A DNA stretch of 55,124 nucleotides, from IMG/VR virus record IMGVR_UViG_3300030104_000130, positions 1 through 55,124 of that record; one strand, 5' to 3'. Under the pieces are notes generated by a model, which did not search any database, had not been told where the DNA came from, and saw only the letters and a list, made by a program, of their open reading frames with translations. This document shows, in pieces, positions 10,144 to 18,997 of the stretch (positions are counted from its first letter, which is position 1; every line of letters starts with the position of its first letter). Made by a program: the position numbers and the translations under genes. The stretch comes from a virus. Taxonomy: Duplodnaviria; Caudoviricetes.

Positions 10144-11010
10144 TTATGATTTTGCAATCCTGCCTTGTTGCATGGCTTCACTTATCTCGGCTTCATACCG
10201 ATCAAATTCATCCATAGACATTTTTGCAATCTCCTTCTCTGTCCAAACTTTCTGTTGCACTGGTTCAACTGTTGTTGTTTTAGTCGAGACCATATCAGCA
10301 GCAGACTTCTTGGACTTTTTAGAATTTGACTTCTTCGGTTCAACATCCATACCAATATCTTTCTTAAATAAATCTAAAGCTCTTGAAGCTAGATCAGCAT
10401 CGTCAGCATTGTTGTATACCCAATCTTGGATAGACTTAGGCTGCTCTTTTGCCCAACCATGAAAATCATCACTATTGCGAATATCTTCAAAATCAGGATG
10501 CTTATCCATCAATCGCTTTTCAGCATCTTTACGAACTAATTCTTGTTCACGTTGCTGTAGTCTTTCAAGTTTCTCTTTTAAGTCTTTAGATTTCTCTTCA
10601 GCCTGTAAGTGAGAAACAGTTTCTACAACTTCGTATACATCAGGATACTCTTCTCTAAACTTTTCAAGTTCCTCTGGAGATTTAGGAGCTACATAGTTAG
10701 GTCTGTTTTCAGCAGCCTTTTCTAATAACTCTTGTTCTCTAGACTTAAATTCGTTTAGTTTAGAGTCATAATGCTTTTTCAAGTCATCGTAACGTTTCTT
10801 GTAGTCTGGTCGCTTATAAGGTTCGTCTTTTGGAGTCTCCTCTTCAGCTACCTGTTCTACAGGTTCACTAGTTGTTGCTTCTTTCTTCTTAGCTTTTGGC
10901 TTCTCAAAAAAGAGTCCGTCAGCAGTATCAAAGTTTTCTTCAACATTTGTGTGCCATGATTTTTTCATATTGTAAGGATTGGCATTTTCCTCTTGTACTT
11001 CAGTAGTCAT
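10144..11010 (-). CDS. Capsid scaffolding protein
   Basis: Charged helical protein, YKKRYDDLKKH and HPDFEDI motifs, directly upstream of capsid. Confidence 0.75.
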   Translation of the reverse strand: MTTEVQEENANPYNMKKSWHTNVEENFDTADGLFFEKPKAKKKEATTSEPVEQVAEEETPKDEPYKRPDYKKRYDDLKKHYDSKLNEFKSREQELLEKAAENRPNYVAPKSPEELEKFREEYPDVYEVVETVSHLQAEEKSKDLKEKLERLQQREQELVRKDAEKRLMDKHPDFEDIRNSDDFHGWAKEQPKSIQDWVYNNADDADLASRALDLFKKDIGMDVEPKKSNSKKSKKSAADMVSTKTTTVEPVQQKVWTEKEIAKMSMDEFDRYEAEISEAMQQGRIAKS

Positions 11011-11019
11011 ATTCTTCTC

Positions 11020-11135
11020 CTACGGGGGCTTCGTTTAACAAGGTAGCTGCTTGTGCACTGCAGGGCTTGTCTTGTAAAGGTAGCCTTTCGGTTTATAAAA
11101 TGATAGGGTGCTTATGACATAAGGTAGCCCTACCG
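11020..11135 (-). promoter_or_regulatory. Structured leader of scaffold gene with three GCUACCUU..AAGC elements
   Basis: AAGGTAGC on + strand at 11040, 11077 and 11121. Confidence 0.55.
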
Positions 11136-11145
11136 TTAAGTTTGT

Positions 11146-11880
11146 TTAGCTTCTAACGTATTTTTTAGAAGGGTCTTGCATATCTCTTCGTAATGCAATA
11201 CTTATTTCTTTTTCTCCTGTATCCATTATAGGACGAGAAGAACTGTCAGTTGTTTGTTTTTCTACAATAATTTTCTGCGTAGCAGGTTCATCAGTAGATT
11301 CTACAACTACATTTTCTTCTTCTTCAGGTTCACCGCCAACCGCTAAACCTTGTCTTTCATCTGCTCTAGCTTCAGCATCTTTCATCATTGACATTAATTT
11401 GTCACTTCCGATTTCTTCTACAGCTTTTGCAGTAAAGACAAATTCTCCATCAGATAACCTTGCGGGTATACTGTCAGAGACTCCTGAACCCGGTCCTTCA
11501 ACAGGACCAGACCCAGCAAATTCTTGTGCAACGTCTATGACTTTATCAAATATCATTGATAGTCTATCGTTGCCTTGTAACGCATCCATTAGAAAATCTT
11601 CTTCTTCGCTATCTAATGCTTCGTCCAATATAAAATCTAAATATTCATCTTCCATTTCATCATCTGGAAGCATGTCTTCTTCTTGTTCTTCAGGCATTGA
11701 ATCTTTTTTCATTTCTTTTTTTGGTGCAATCATAATAGCTACACCGCCTTCTTCATAGCCCATACGTTCAACAACTTCAGGTGCAACTTTTTTTAAAGCT
11801 TCTAAACCTTCATTTGGCATTTCTACTTCAGTGCCATCTTTGTATTTAATTCTTATTTTGTCGTCTTGTAATAAACTCAT
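11146..11880 (-). CDS. Acidic head-region protein with GPGSGVSDSIPARLSDGEFV domain (candidate maturation factor)
   Basis: Motif usually seen in tape-measure protein C-termini; lies between portal and scaffold. Confidence 0.6.
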   Translation of the reverse strand: MSLLQDDKIRIKYKDGTEVEMPNEGLEALKKVAPEVVERMGYEEGGVAIMIAPKKEMKKDSMPEEQEEDMLPDDEMEDEYLDFILDEALDSEEEDFLMDALQGNDRLSMIFDKVIDVAQEFAGSGPVEGPGSGVSDSIPARLSDGEFVFTAKAVEEIGSDKLMSMMKDAEARADERQGLAVGGEPEEEENVVVESTDEPATQKIIVEKQTTDSSSRPIMDTGEKEISIALRRDMQDPSKKYVRS

Positions 11881-12110
11881 GTTTCCTCTTTTCTATTGAT
11901 TGCTTCTTTAACCTGCTCCGGTAGCTGCTCTAAGCGTACCAGAGAATTGATCTTCCCCTGCAACCGGAACATTTCCGATTCCGATGTTGCCACCACCAGT
12001 GCCTGTAACTCCAAGGTCTTGAGGTTGTGCAGGTGTTCCTTGAAGGCTTCCCATACCAGTTGGTTGCCCGTTAGGGCTTTGAGCTTCAGGGCTAATTGTT
12101 TGTCCAGCAT
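11877..12110 (-). CDS. Small helical protein overlapping the portal 3' end
   Basis: AGGA RBS; amphipathic RLQGKINSL helix; ATGA coupling to next gene. Confidence 0.6.
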   Translation of the reverse strand: MLDKQLALKLKALTGNQLVWEAFKEHLHNLKTLELQALVVATSESEMFRLQGKINSLVRLEQLPEQVKEAINRKEET

Positions 12111-14109
12111 TTTGCATTCCTATAATTTGTGCCATAATTGCAGCTTCTTCAGGATCGTTGAGTATTTCATCAGGGTCTAAGTCTAAGCTGTAGGCAAGTT
12201 CACTTACAAGTTTAGAAATTTTAACAAATGGAGCTATAGCAGGATTTTGTGCAGTTTGTAAGAATGTAGTTAATCTTTGACTACGTACTTCTTTTTGCAT
12301 CAAGCTATTAGTTCCAGTAGCTTTAACTTCTAAATCACCATTGACATCTAACCCACCTTCAAAGAACTGCATGTTCCATTGGAAGAAAGCTTCTCCAAGA
12401 GGTCTTAATAAAAAGTCGTCAAGGTTTTTAACGACTGTTTTAATATTTAAACTTGATGCACCTAACAACATAGACATACCCGAAGCAGTCCGTGTCATAC
12501 TTTGTACACCTGTTTGTCCGTGTGAATAACTAGGAATACCTGTTTGTTCATCTGCAAGTTGTCTAAACTTGTCAAACATCATCATATTTTCAGGTGCTGT
12601 ATTAGGAAACTTCAAACCATGTATAGCTTGTCCGGGCATACCAGCTTGTCTTCTAAATATCTTACCCGGATATATTTCCATAGATTGTCCACCAACTAAC
12701 GCAGACTCATCTACATCAAACACCAAAGACCCAGCCATTGCTAGGTTATCTACAGCCATACGTGCATGACCATTCATAATTTGTTGGCTATCATCCATGT
12801 TTTCAGCTACACCAATACCAAAGAAGTTATAAGGATTTCTTTCGTATGGGAAAGCGTGGTAAGGTATTCTGTAAGGAGTAAATGGATTAATTACTGCTCT
12901 TAATACATTATCACCACATATCCACGCATTAATTTGAACTTCATCTAGATCATCAATATCATCTGCAAGTTCTATACCGACTTCACGTGCATACTCTGCA
13001 TCCATGATTCCCCAGTATTCAAGAACTTCAAAGTTTGTTTGATAGTCTTCATCAGCTCTTGCATCATCTTTTAAATGTGACTCAAAGCTTTTCTCTTCGT
13101 AGTTAGCTCCCATCTGTAAACAATTACGGATAGCATCCTCATCAAAGTAAGGCATGTTACGAAGTTGTCTAAGTTGAGATTTGTTTAGTTTGTGTCTATG
13201 GATAACATACTCACACTCTTCAATGCTAGTAGCTCCGGGGTCAGGATAAAAATCCCAACAACTAACAAACTCAATTCTAGGTACTCTAACTTCTAATGGA
13301 TTATAATTTCTTTCACCATCTTCACCAGTTTCCCACTTGTGAAGTTTTTTATTAAAATTAAATGGTCCTTTTACAATCCCTGTACCAAGTAAAGAAGATT
13401 CTAAAAGAGCATTTCTAATTTCTGATGAACCTTTAGATTCATCTATTTGATCATGAATAAGTTTTTCCATTCTCCTTGCAGCTTTTTGTGCTGGAGAAAT
13501 TTCTAAAGCTTGAGGGTTAGGACTTAAACCTTCGACTAATTGATCTTCTACTTGATCTTCTAAAGGTGTTTCAAATACTCCTTTGTTAAGTGTAGCTCCG
13601 GGTTTTAAAACTTTACCGTCACCTTCGTAACCAACATCATATGGGTTATCTATTCTATTACCAATATCGTCTGGTAATTCACCTCCACCCATAGGACTTT
13701 CTAATCCGGGTGCACCTGTTTGAGTATCTAAATGTGCGTTAGCTAATTCGCCTTCAGGTATTTTAGTTTCAGCAATACCAATTGGAAACTTACCTGTACC
13801 AAAGATTACATCAACAAGTTGACCAAAAGCAGCAAGTACTTTTGTTTTAGTAATCTTTACAAAAATACGAGACTTTTCTGAGTCTCTAAACTTAACAGAC
13901 TTGTTATAAAGTCCTCTGTAGTTTTCGTATGATTTAATCCAACGTAATTCATCTGAACGTCTAGCATCTTCAGATACAGTAAATCTTGATTTTATAATAC
14001 CAACAAGATTATTTTTTTGTTCTATTTCAAGAGCAAGTTCTTTACCAGCTTCACCTTCTACTTCTTCATAAAGATTATCAGCGTTTAAAAATGTATTTTC
14101 TTTTTCCAT
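11908..14109 (-). CDS. Portal protein
   Basis: 733 aa after terL; LLGTGIVKGP, WDFYPDP, PYNFFGIGV, RTASGMSML motifs. Confidence 0.9.
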   Translation of the reverse strand: MEKENTFLNADNLYEEVEGEAGKELALEIEQKNNLVGIIKSRFTVSEDARRSDELRWIKSYENYRGLYNKSVKFRDSEKSRIFVKITKTKVLAAFGQLVDVIFGTGKFPIGIAETKIPEGELANAHLDTQTGAPGLESPMGGGELPDDIGNRIDNPYDVGYEGDGKVLKPGATLNKGVFETPLEDQVEDQLVEGLSPNPQALEISPAQKAARRMEKLIHDQIDESKGSSEIRNALLESSLLGTGIVKGPFNFNKKLHKWETGEDGERNYNPLEVRVPRIEFVSCWDFYPDPGATSIEECEYVIHRHKLNKSQLRQLRNMPYFDEDAIRNCLQMGANYEEKSFESHLKDDARADEDYQTNFEVLEYWGIMDAEYAREVGIELADDIDDLDEVQINAWICGDNVLRAVINPFTPYRIPYHAFPYERNPYNFFGIGVAENMDDSQQIMNGHARMAVDNLAMAGSLVFDVDESALVGGQSMEIYPGKIFRRQAGMPGQAIHGLKFPNTAPENMMMFDKFRQLADEQTGIPSYSHGQTGVQSMTRTASGMSMLLGASSLNIKTVVKNLDDFLLRPLGEAFFQWNMQFFEGGLDVNGDLEVKATGTNSLMQKEVRSQRLTTFLQTAQNPAIAPFVKISKLVSELAYSLDLDPDEILNDPEEAAIMAQIIGMQNAGQTISPEAQSPNGQPTGMGSLQGTPAQPQDLGVTGTGGGNIGIGNVPVAGEDQFSGTLRAATGAG

Positions 14110-14115
14110 ATATTA

Positions 14116-15762
14116 CTAATAACCAAATGTAGAATCAGTAGGTCTGTATATATCCGACTTAATTCTAAGCATTCGTTGATGAGGATGGTCCATTCTTGGT
14201 CTACTCATAATCATGTATCTTAACGCATCATATGCGTGATCTGCAGCATGAGTATCCACATCCTCCGGATTACTCTTTGATAATGGTAGTCCTTGCAATT
14301 CTTTAATCAGATTTGGACAAGTATTAAAGATTTGCACCTTTGGTCTTCCAGTATCTCTATTAGGTCTTAAATACTCATGTATTTGTACCTTACCAGCTTG
14401 TCGATTCTTATCAGCTCTACGAAGTTTATGACCTTTTTGAATCAATAACTCACCTATGGTAGGACCAGTATAACCAGTCCTTGACCAAGCTGCTGTATCT
14501 AACACACCAGTTATGGATTTAATTTCTGACTCTTCCATTTGAGTCAAAGTGTCTCCTAGTGCTTCACCTGTAAGACCTTTTTTGTATAGTTCTCTATATA
14601 TAATGAGGGTCTTATCCTCGGGGTCTATTGCACCCCAGAGACAGCAACTTTCAGAAGCGTAACCATAGTCAATACCTTTTAACCTTTCCCACCATGACGG
14701 TAAGTCAAAGGGTGGTATTACATGTATGGACGTATCAAATTCTGCGAATGCTGCACCTTCTGAAATATCCCAGTTACCTTCCAACAACTGTTTACGTTGT
14801 ATGGCTGGTAAGGATTGCAACATCCTTTCGTATTCACCGTCTTCAGCAAGAAAAGGATTGTCCTGTAATCTTGCTGGTATAAACTTTCTTGTTAGACCGT
14901 CAGTACCACGAAAAGTTTTGTTTTCTTCTGCTGGTTCTACGTATCTTTTCTTTACCCATTGTGCTCCTACTCCACCCGGGTTAGCTGTACATCTTAAATA
15001 AGTTTTTAACTCAGGGTTGGTGGTTCTTAGCCTTGATGCTAAATAGTTCCATCCAAACTCTGTAGGTAAGTGAGTTATCTCATCAAAACCTATCCAACTG
15101 TACGCTTGTCCTTGGTAACGATATACATCTGCATCTCGTTCCAAAAACCCAAACTCTATCTTTGCTCCACTTGGGAACTGCCATAACTTTTCTACTTCTT
15201 TAAACTTAGCACCTTTAAAAGCTCTAGGATAAAGTTCTCGAGACTTATCTATAAGTTCTCTTAGTTCTGGCATAGACCTTCTAAGTATCAAAGCTCTGTG
15301 CTCTGAAATATGGCAGTAACGCAATGGGTCTATTAACATTGCAAAACTTTTACCACCACCTGCTGCTCCACCGTAAAGAACATCTTTTTCGGATGCAGCT
15401 AAGAAATCTGTTTGAGGTCCTTCGTTAGGCATAAATGCCACATGAGAACCTGTAGTATCTAAATGTTTTTGTATCGGGTCAGGAAGTGTTTTACTTTCTT
15501 CCTTAGTGATAACATTAGATGTTAAAACTTTTTCTTCTTTGTCAAGTTCTTTCTTGACTCTTGCTAAACTTCTTGTTAGCTTCTGAACTTTCTTTGACTT
15601 TTTAGTTAATTTATTTTTAGCTCTTATTGCTAATTGTAAATCTGAAAGCTCGGAATTCTTTGGTCTACCGGGTTTTTTTTTCGGAGTACCATCTTTCTTT
15701 AGTATATAGCTCCCATCAGGGTTTGTCAAGTAATTTTTAGGATTTTTTTCCCAATCTTCCAT
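14116..15762 (-). CDS. terL: Terminase large subunit
   Basis: Walker A YGGAAGGGKS, Walker B IGFDE, TANPGG, nuclease GIDYG...DHAYDALRY. Confidence 0.95.
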   Translation of the reverse strand: MEDWEKNPKNYLTNPDGSYILKKDGTPKKKPGRPKNSELSDLQLAIRAKNKLTKKSKKVQKLTRSLARVKKELDKEEKVLTSNVITKEESKTLPDPIQKHLDTTGSHVAFMPNEGPQTDFLAASEKDVLYGGAAGGGKSFAMLIDPLRYCHISEHRALILRRSMPELRELIDKSRELYPRAFKGAKFKEVEKLWQFPSGAKIEFGFLERDADVYRYQGQAYSWIGFDEITHLPTEFGWNYLASRLRTTNPELKTYLRCTANPGGVGAQWVKKRYVEPAEENKTFRGTDGLTRKFIPARLQDNPFLAEDGEYERMLQSLPAIQRKQLLEGNWDISEGAAFAEFDTSIHVIPPFDLPSWWERLKGIDYGYASESCCLWGAIDPEDKTLIIYRELYKKGLTGEALGDTLTQMEESEIKSITGVLDTAAWSRTGYTGPTIGELLIQKGHKLRRADKNRQAGKVQIHEYLRPNRDTGRPKVQIFNTCPNLIKELQGLPLSKSNPEDVDTHAADHAYDALRYMIMSRPRMDHPHQRMLRIKSDIYRPTDSTFGY

Positions 15763-16003
15763 ATGTCTTATCCACGTACTTTTTTAAACCGGGTCTTGAC
15801 ATGCCTTTACCTGTTTCAGCTTCTAGCCAATCAACACCTATTCCTAGGCTAATTTCTTGGTGAAAAACAGACTCAGCCACTTCCTTAAGCACAGCCAAGT
15901 CTGATTCCACGGGTTTTAGATAACCATCAAAGTTTTCATCAAGCTCATAACCAAAAGGTATGGTTGAAGAAGTTCTTTTGATATAGTTATCAGGGACAAA
16001 CAT
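15737..16003 (-). CDS. Small putative DNA-binding protein
   Basis: IPFGY motif plus HTH-like WLEAETGKGMSRPGL. Confidence 0.55.
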   Translation of the reverse strand: MFVPDNYIKRTSSTIPFGYELDENFDGYLKPVESDLAVLKEVAESVFHQEISLGIGVDWLEAETGKGMSRPGLKKYVDKTYGRLGKKS

Positions 16004-16099
16004 TTAGATTATCCACATAATTATTAAAGCTGATATAAATCCTATACCACACATAACACCCCAGACTTGCATGTCTGTTAGGTCATTAGTTTCAATCAT
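16004..16099 (-). CDS. Membrane microprotein, 31 aa (not in ORF track)
   Basis: MIETNDLTDMQVWGVMCGIGFISALIIMWII; exactly fills gap between neighbouring genes. Confidence 0.55.
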   Translation of the reverse strand: MIETNDLTDMQVWGVMCGIGFISALIIMWII

Positions 16100-16100
16100 A

Positions 16101-16214
16101 CTATTTACTTTTTTTTCTAGTAGTTCTTTTAACATTTGTTTTCCTCTTGGTTGTTTGTTTTTTTGGAGCTAGAAAGTTTTTTATTGCTTCTAACCATTTC
16201 TTAATCATTGTCAT
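16101..16214 (-). CDS. Small basic protein
   Basis: GAGGAG RBS before ATG at 16214. Confidence 0.55.
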   Translation of the reverse strand: MTMIKKWLEAIKNFLAPKKQTTKRKTNVKRTTRKKSK

Positions 16215-16383
16215 TGTTATTCTCCTCGGTTTTCTTTTTACCGAATATTCGATCCCAGTTATCTCTATAGTCTTGTGTATAAAATCCTGGTCTAGGATTA
16301 GCACCTTTACTTCCGTGTGTATTTTTATAAATTGGTGATCTAAAAGTTACTGGCTTTTCGTCACTGCCTATTTGTTTACCCAT
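16201..16383 (-). CDS. Small hypothetical protein
   Basis: HGSKG..RP...Y.DNWDRIF pattern familiar from marine phages; overlap coupling. Confidence 0.55.
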   Translation of the reverse strand: MGKQIGSDEKPVTFRSPIYKNTHGSKGANPRPGFYTQDYRDNWDRIFGKKKTEENNNDND

Positions 16384-16582
16384 ACTCTTTTTCGTCCATA
16401 CATTTTCGCCATTCATCTAAGATTATCTCTTCAGGATAAGGAGCATAATGAATGGCTTTACATTTTTCAAATTGTTTTCGCCACTCGTTAGGATCGTATC
16501 TATCGTTCCATTCTTTTTGTTTTACTTCAGGTGTATGCACACAACCTGTTAACAAACACAAGACTATTAACTTTTTTACCAT
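16376..16582 (-). CDS. Small lipoprotein
   Basis: MVKKLIVLCLLTGC: basic N-region, hydrophobic core, LTG-C lipobox. Confidence 0.65.
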   Translation of the reverse strand: MVKKLIVLCLLTGCVHTPEVKQKEWNDRYDPNEWRKQFEKCKAIHYAPYPEEIILDEWRKCMDEKEYG

Positions 16583-17106
16583 TTAACTCTGTTAGCCCAA
16601 TAAGCTGCCGACATTTTGCCTTTGGCAATGTTCTTTCTGTGTCTAGCTTTAAAAGACTTTCTTTTCATTTTTGTTTTACGAGACTCTCCTGCTTTAGGTT
16701 TACCTGCAGTCTTAGCACCTTGTTGTCCAAATCGTATTGTTTTGATTTTTGTACCTTCTTTTGCAACAACAATATGTGACTTAGTAGGATGATTGGGAGT
16801 ACGCTTGGGTTTGTTGTAACCACTGACTCCTGCTCGTTTTAATCTGCTGTCAGCTTTACCACCTTTAGCCATTCTAAACTTAGCAGTTTTTTCTGCAATC
16901 TTTTTAGGTTGAGGTGAGTGTTGCTTACCGGCAGCTTTATCTGCTTTTTTCTTTGCTGATGTTCTTGAATATTCTTCTGAAGTTAAAGTTTCTCTAGCTT
17001 TCTTTGGTAAATATCTTTCACCTGTTTCGCTAGACTTTTTACCAGACTTAGTTCCCCAGTCTTGTTCACCCCATTTCTTTAGAGACTCTTGTGGTTTCTT
17101 TAACAT
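16576..17106 (-). CDS. Very basic two-domain protein
   Basis: QESLKKWGEQDW..GERYLPKKA domain, MAKGG linker, then GYNKPKRTP..IRFGQQG..SAAYWA domain. Confidence 0.7.
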   Translation of the reverse strand: MLKKPQESLKKWGEQDWGTKSGKKSSETGERYLPKKARETLTSEEYSRTSAKKKADKAAGKQHSPQPKKIAEKTAKFRMAKGGKADSRLKRAGVSGYNKPKRTPNHPTKSHIVVAKEGTKIKTIRFGQQGAKTAGKPKAGESRKTKMKRKSFKARHRKNIAKGKMSAAYWANRVKW

Positions 17107-17333
17107 TACTTGTATCCTCCACCAGCTTTCTTGTAAGCCTTGGCTAGGGCTTGGGCTTTACGGGCAGACCATTGACCGGCTGCAGTACCGTGTGAAGCTT
17201 GTGATTTTATGCGTTGAAATATTCTTTTACGTAGTCCGGGCTTAGTATAGTTACCTGCTTCGTTGACTCGTGACTTAGACTTTTTCTTTTTAGCCTTACC
17301 ACCTTTTCTAAGTTGTAATCTTTCTAATAACAT
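17106..17333 (-). CDS. Basic protein, DUF5872-like N-half
   Basis: NYTKPGLR...GQWSARKAQ.LAK.YKKAGGGY. Confidence 0.65.
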   Translation of the reverse strand: MLLERLQLRKGGKAKKKKSKSRVNEAGNYTKPGLRKRIFQRIKSQASHGTAAGQWSARKAQALAKAYKKAGGGYK

Positions 17334-17539
17334 TAGTGTACTATCCTGTCGTCTTCTTTGGGTAAAGTGTTTAAATGTTTTTCTGCTTCATCATCAATGT
17401 ATATACTATCTAGCTCACCCACAACTATTAAATGATTTTGAGCTGCTGCTAATTCAGCTTGTTCAAAAGATGAAGCAATAATGTTTGGACCAGCAAAGGT
17501 TGTCCCATAGGCTTCGATCTCAGTCAGAAATATCTTCAT
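17333..17539 (-). CDS. Hypothetical protein
   Basis: MKIFLTEIE..FAGPNI.A...AE; coupled to neighbours. Confidence 0.55.
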   Translation of the reverse strand: MKIFLTEIEAYGTTFAGPNIIASSFEQAELAAAQNHLIVVGELDSIYIDDEAEKHLNTLPKEDDRIVH

Positions 17540-17954
17540 ATTCTCCATCTTCAATATCTAGTGGGGCTTTATCCGGCATTAAAAAAATACCACCTGCATT
17601 CATGTTATGTGTTACATCGACTTTATCTACTTTAGTAACACCTACTCTATCTAAAAGAGTCTGTGCTGCTGTAAGCTTATTGTTTGCTTGGATAATAGGT
17701 TTCTTAGAATCCATAATCTCTACAAGCTTAAAAGCTGCTTTAGGTGCTGAGTTTGCTAAAATCTCTTGAGTTATTTCTAGTATCTCAGACTTTAAAGTCT
17801 TTACAACATGATGGTGGTGGCTTTTGTACCCTGCAAGTTCTGCAGCCTTTTTAGCATCACCTTGACAATCAATTAGATGCTCAAGAAAAGACTCTTGTTT
17901 GGGTGTTAGCTCACGTTTTGTTTGGGCACTGTCAATGCTTGGTAATATAGCCAT
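17520..17954 (-). CDS. terS: Terminase small subunit (likely start ATG 17954, leaderless)
   Basis: LTPKQESFL...AKKAAELAGY HTH; AAQTLLDRVG; promoter lies inside the longer ORF call. Confidence 0.8.
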   Translation of the reverse strand: MAILPSIDSAQTKRELTPKQESFLEHLIDCQGDAKKAAELAGYKSHHHHVVKTLKSEILEITQEILANSAPKAAFKLVEIMDSKKPIIQANNKLTAAQTLLDRVGVTKVDKVDVTHNMNAGGIFLMPDKAPLDIEDGEYEDISD

Positions 17955-17961
17955 GTTCTTT

Positions 17962-17990
17962 ATTATAGCTGCACCTGAGAAATTTGTCAA
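17962..17990 (-). promoter_or_regulatory. Perfect sigma70 promoter for terS / late arm
   Basis: TTGACA-17 nt-TATAAT; ATG follows the -10 box after 7 nt. Confidence 0.85.
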
Positions 17991-18016
17991 GCTTTTAAAG
18001 TTTTTTTCTTTAAGAC

Positions 18017-18045
18017 TTGACAAAAGTGAATTGAGGATGTATAAT
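18017..18045 (+). promoter_or_regulatory. Perfect sigma70 promoter firing into non-coding structured region
   Basis: TTGACA(18017)-17 nt-TATAAT(18040). Confidence 0.85.
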
Positions 18046-18997
18046 AACTTTAGTGCCCCCCGGGTTAAAGCATACCTCAGAGCTCCCTGCTCACATGCTA
18101 AAACAACCTCAATCACCCTTCAACTTATCCTCAAAATAATACCTGTGTACTATAAAGATTTTAAAGTCTTTATGTCTCGGGTTGTAAACTAGATATAGAG
18201 TTATCTGGTTAATGGGGTATTTGCTGTAAAATGTATAATCATGCTATAGATATATAGGTATAGGGCTATGGTCTCCTGCCTACCCTTAGAGTTAAGCCCT
18301 ACCAAAACTAACAGCATAGGTGCATTGCAATGTAATCCTAAAACTACAAAGGCTTAAAAGATTATCATTAGTTTCCTAAGTTTAAGTAAAGCAATAGCAA
18401 CCTTGAAGTCTTTGGAGAGTCTTTACTAGAATCAAATCTTTGGCTTGAACTTAGGAAACTTATTAGATTTATAAGTCCACATAATCATCAATGGCTTCAT
18501 TGTTGCCTTTCCAATCCACCTTATCCCTCAGGTTTTCCTAAACTTCCAAGTCAATGCAATGCACTGCGAAAAGTTACAAAGCACTCCCAAGTCACACTCT
18601 GTCAAAGGTTAATATCAACGTCTTCCCCACAACATACTCCCTTTAGTTTAAGAGCATGGAGTGCTAAAGTGTCTAGAATGTTTAGCCCTCTATCAGCTTA
18701 AAGTCCTCGTATTACGGTTAGCGTATCCCTACAACATAAAAATCTCATAGCTGTTGCAAATCTCTTAAATAAACAGGTCGATCCATAAAAACTAACACAA
18801 ACTCTAATAGTTTCAGCTATCTGTAAAGTCTTTAAAATCTACAAGATACTCCTTTTTAACTGGTTTACGAATACATAAAGATTTCAAAGTATCAAGGAGT
18901 ATTAAAAATTTATCCGAAGCCAAGTAAATTTTGAATACTTAAGAGACCTTGACACTTCAAAATCTTTATGACTTAATGGTATTTTAAGGAGTATCTT

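Noticed and set aside
17955-18116. 54-aa N-terminal extension of terS, and + ORF 17899-18192
   Set aside because: Both span the two perfect promoters; the terS-like sequence starts at ATG 17954
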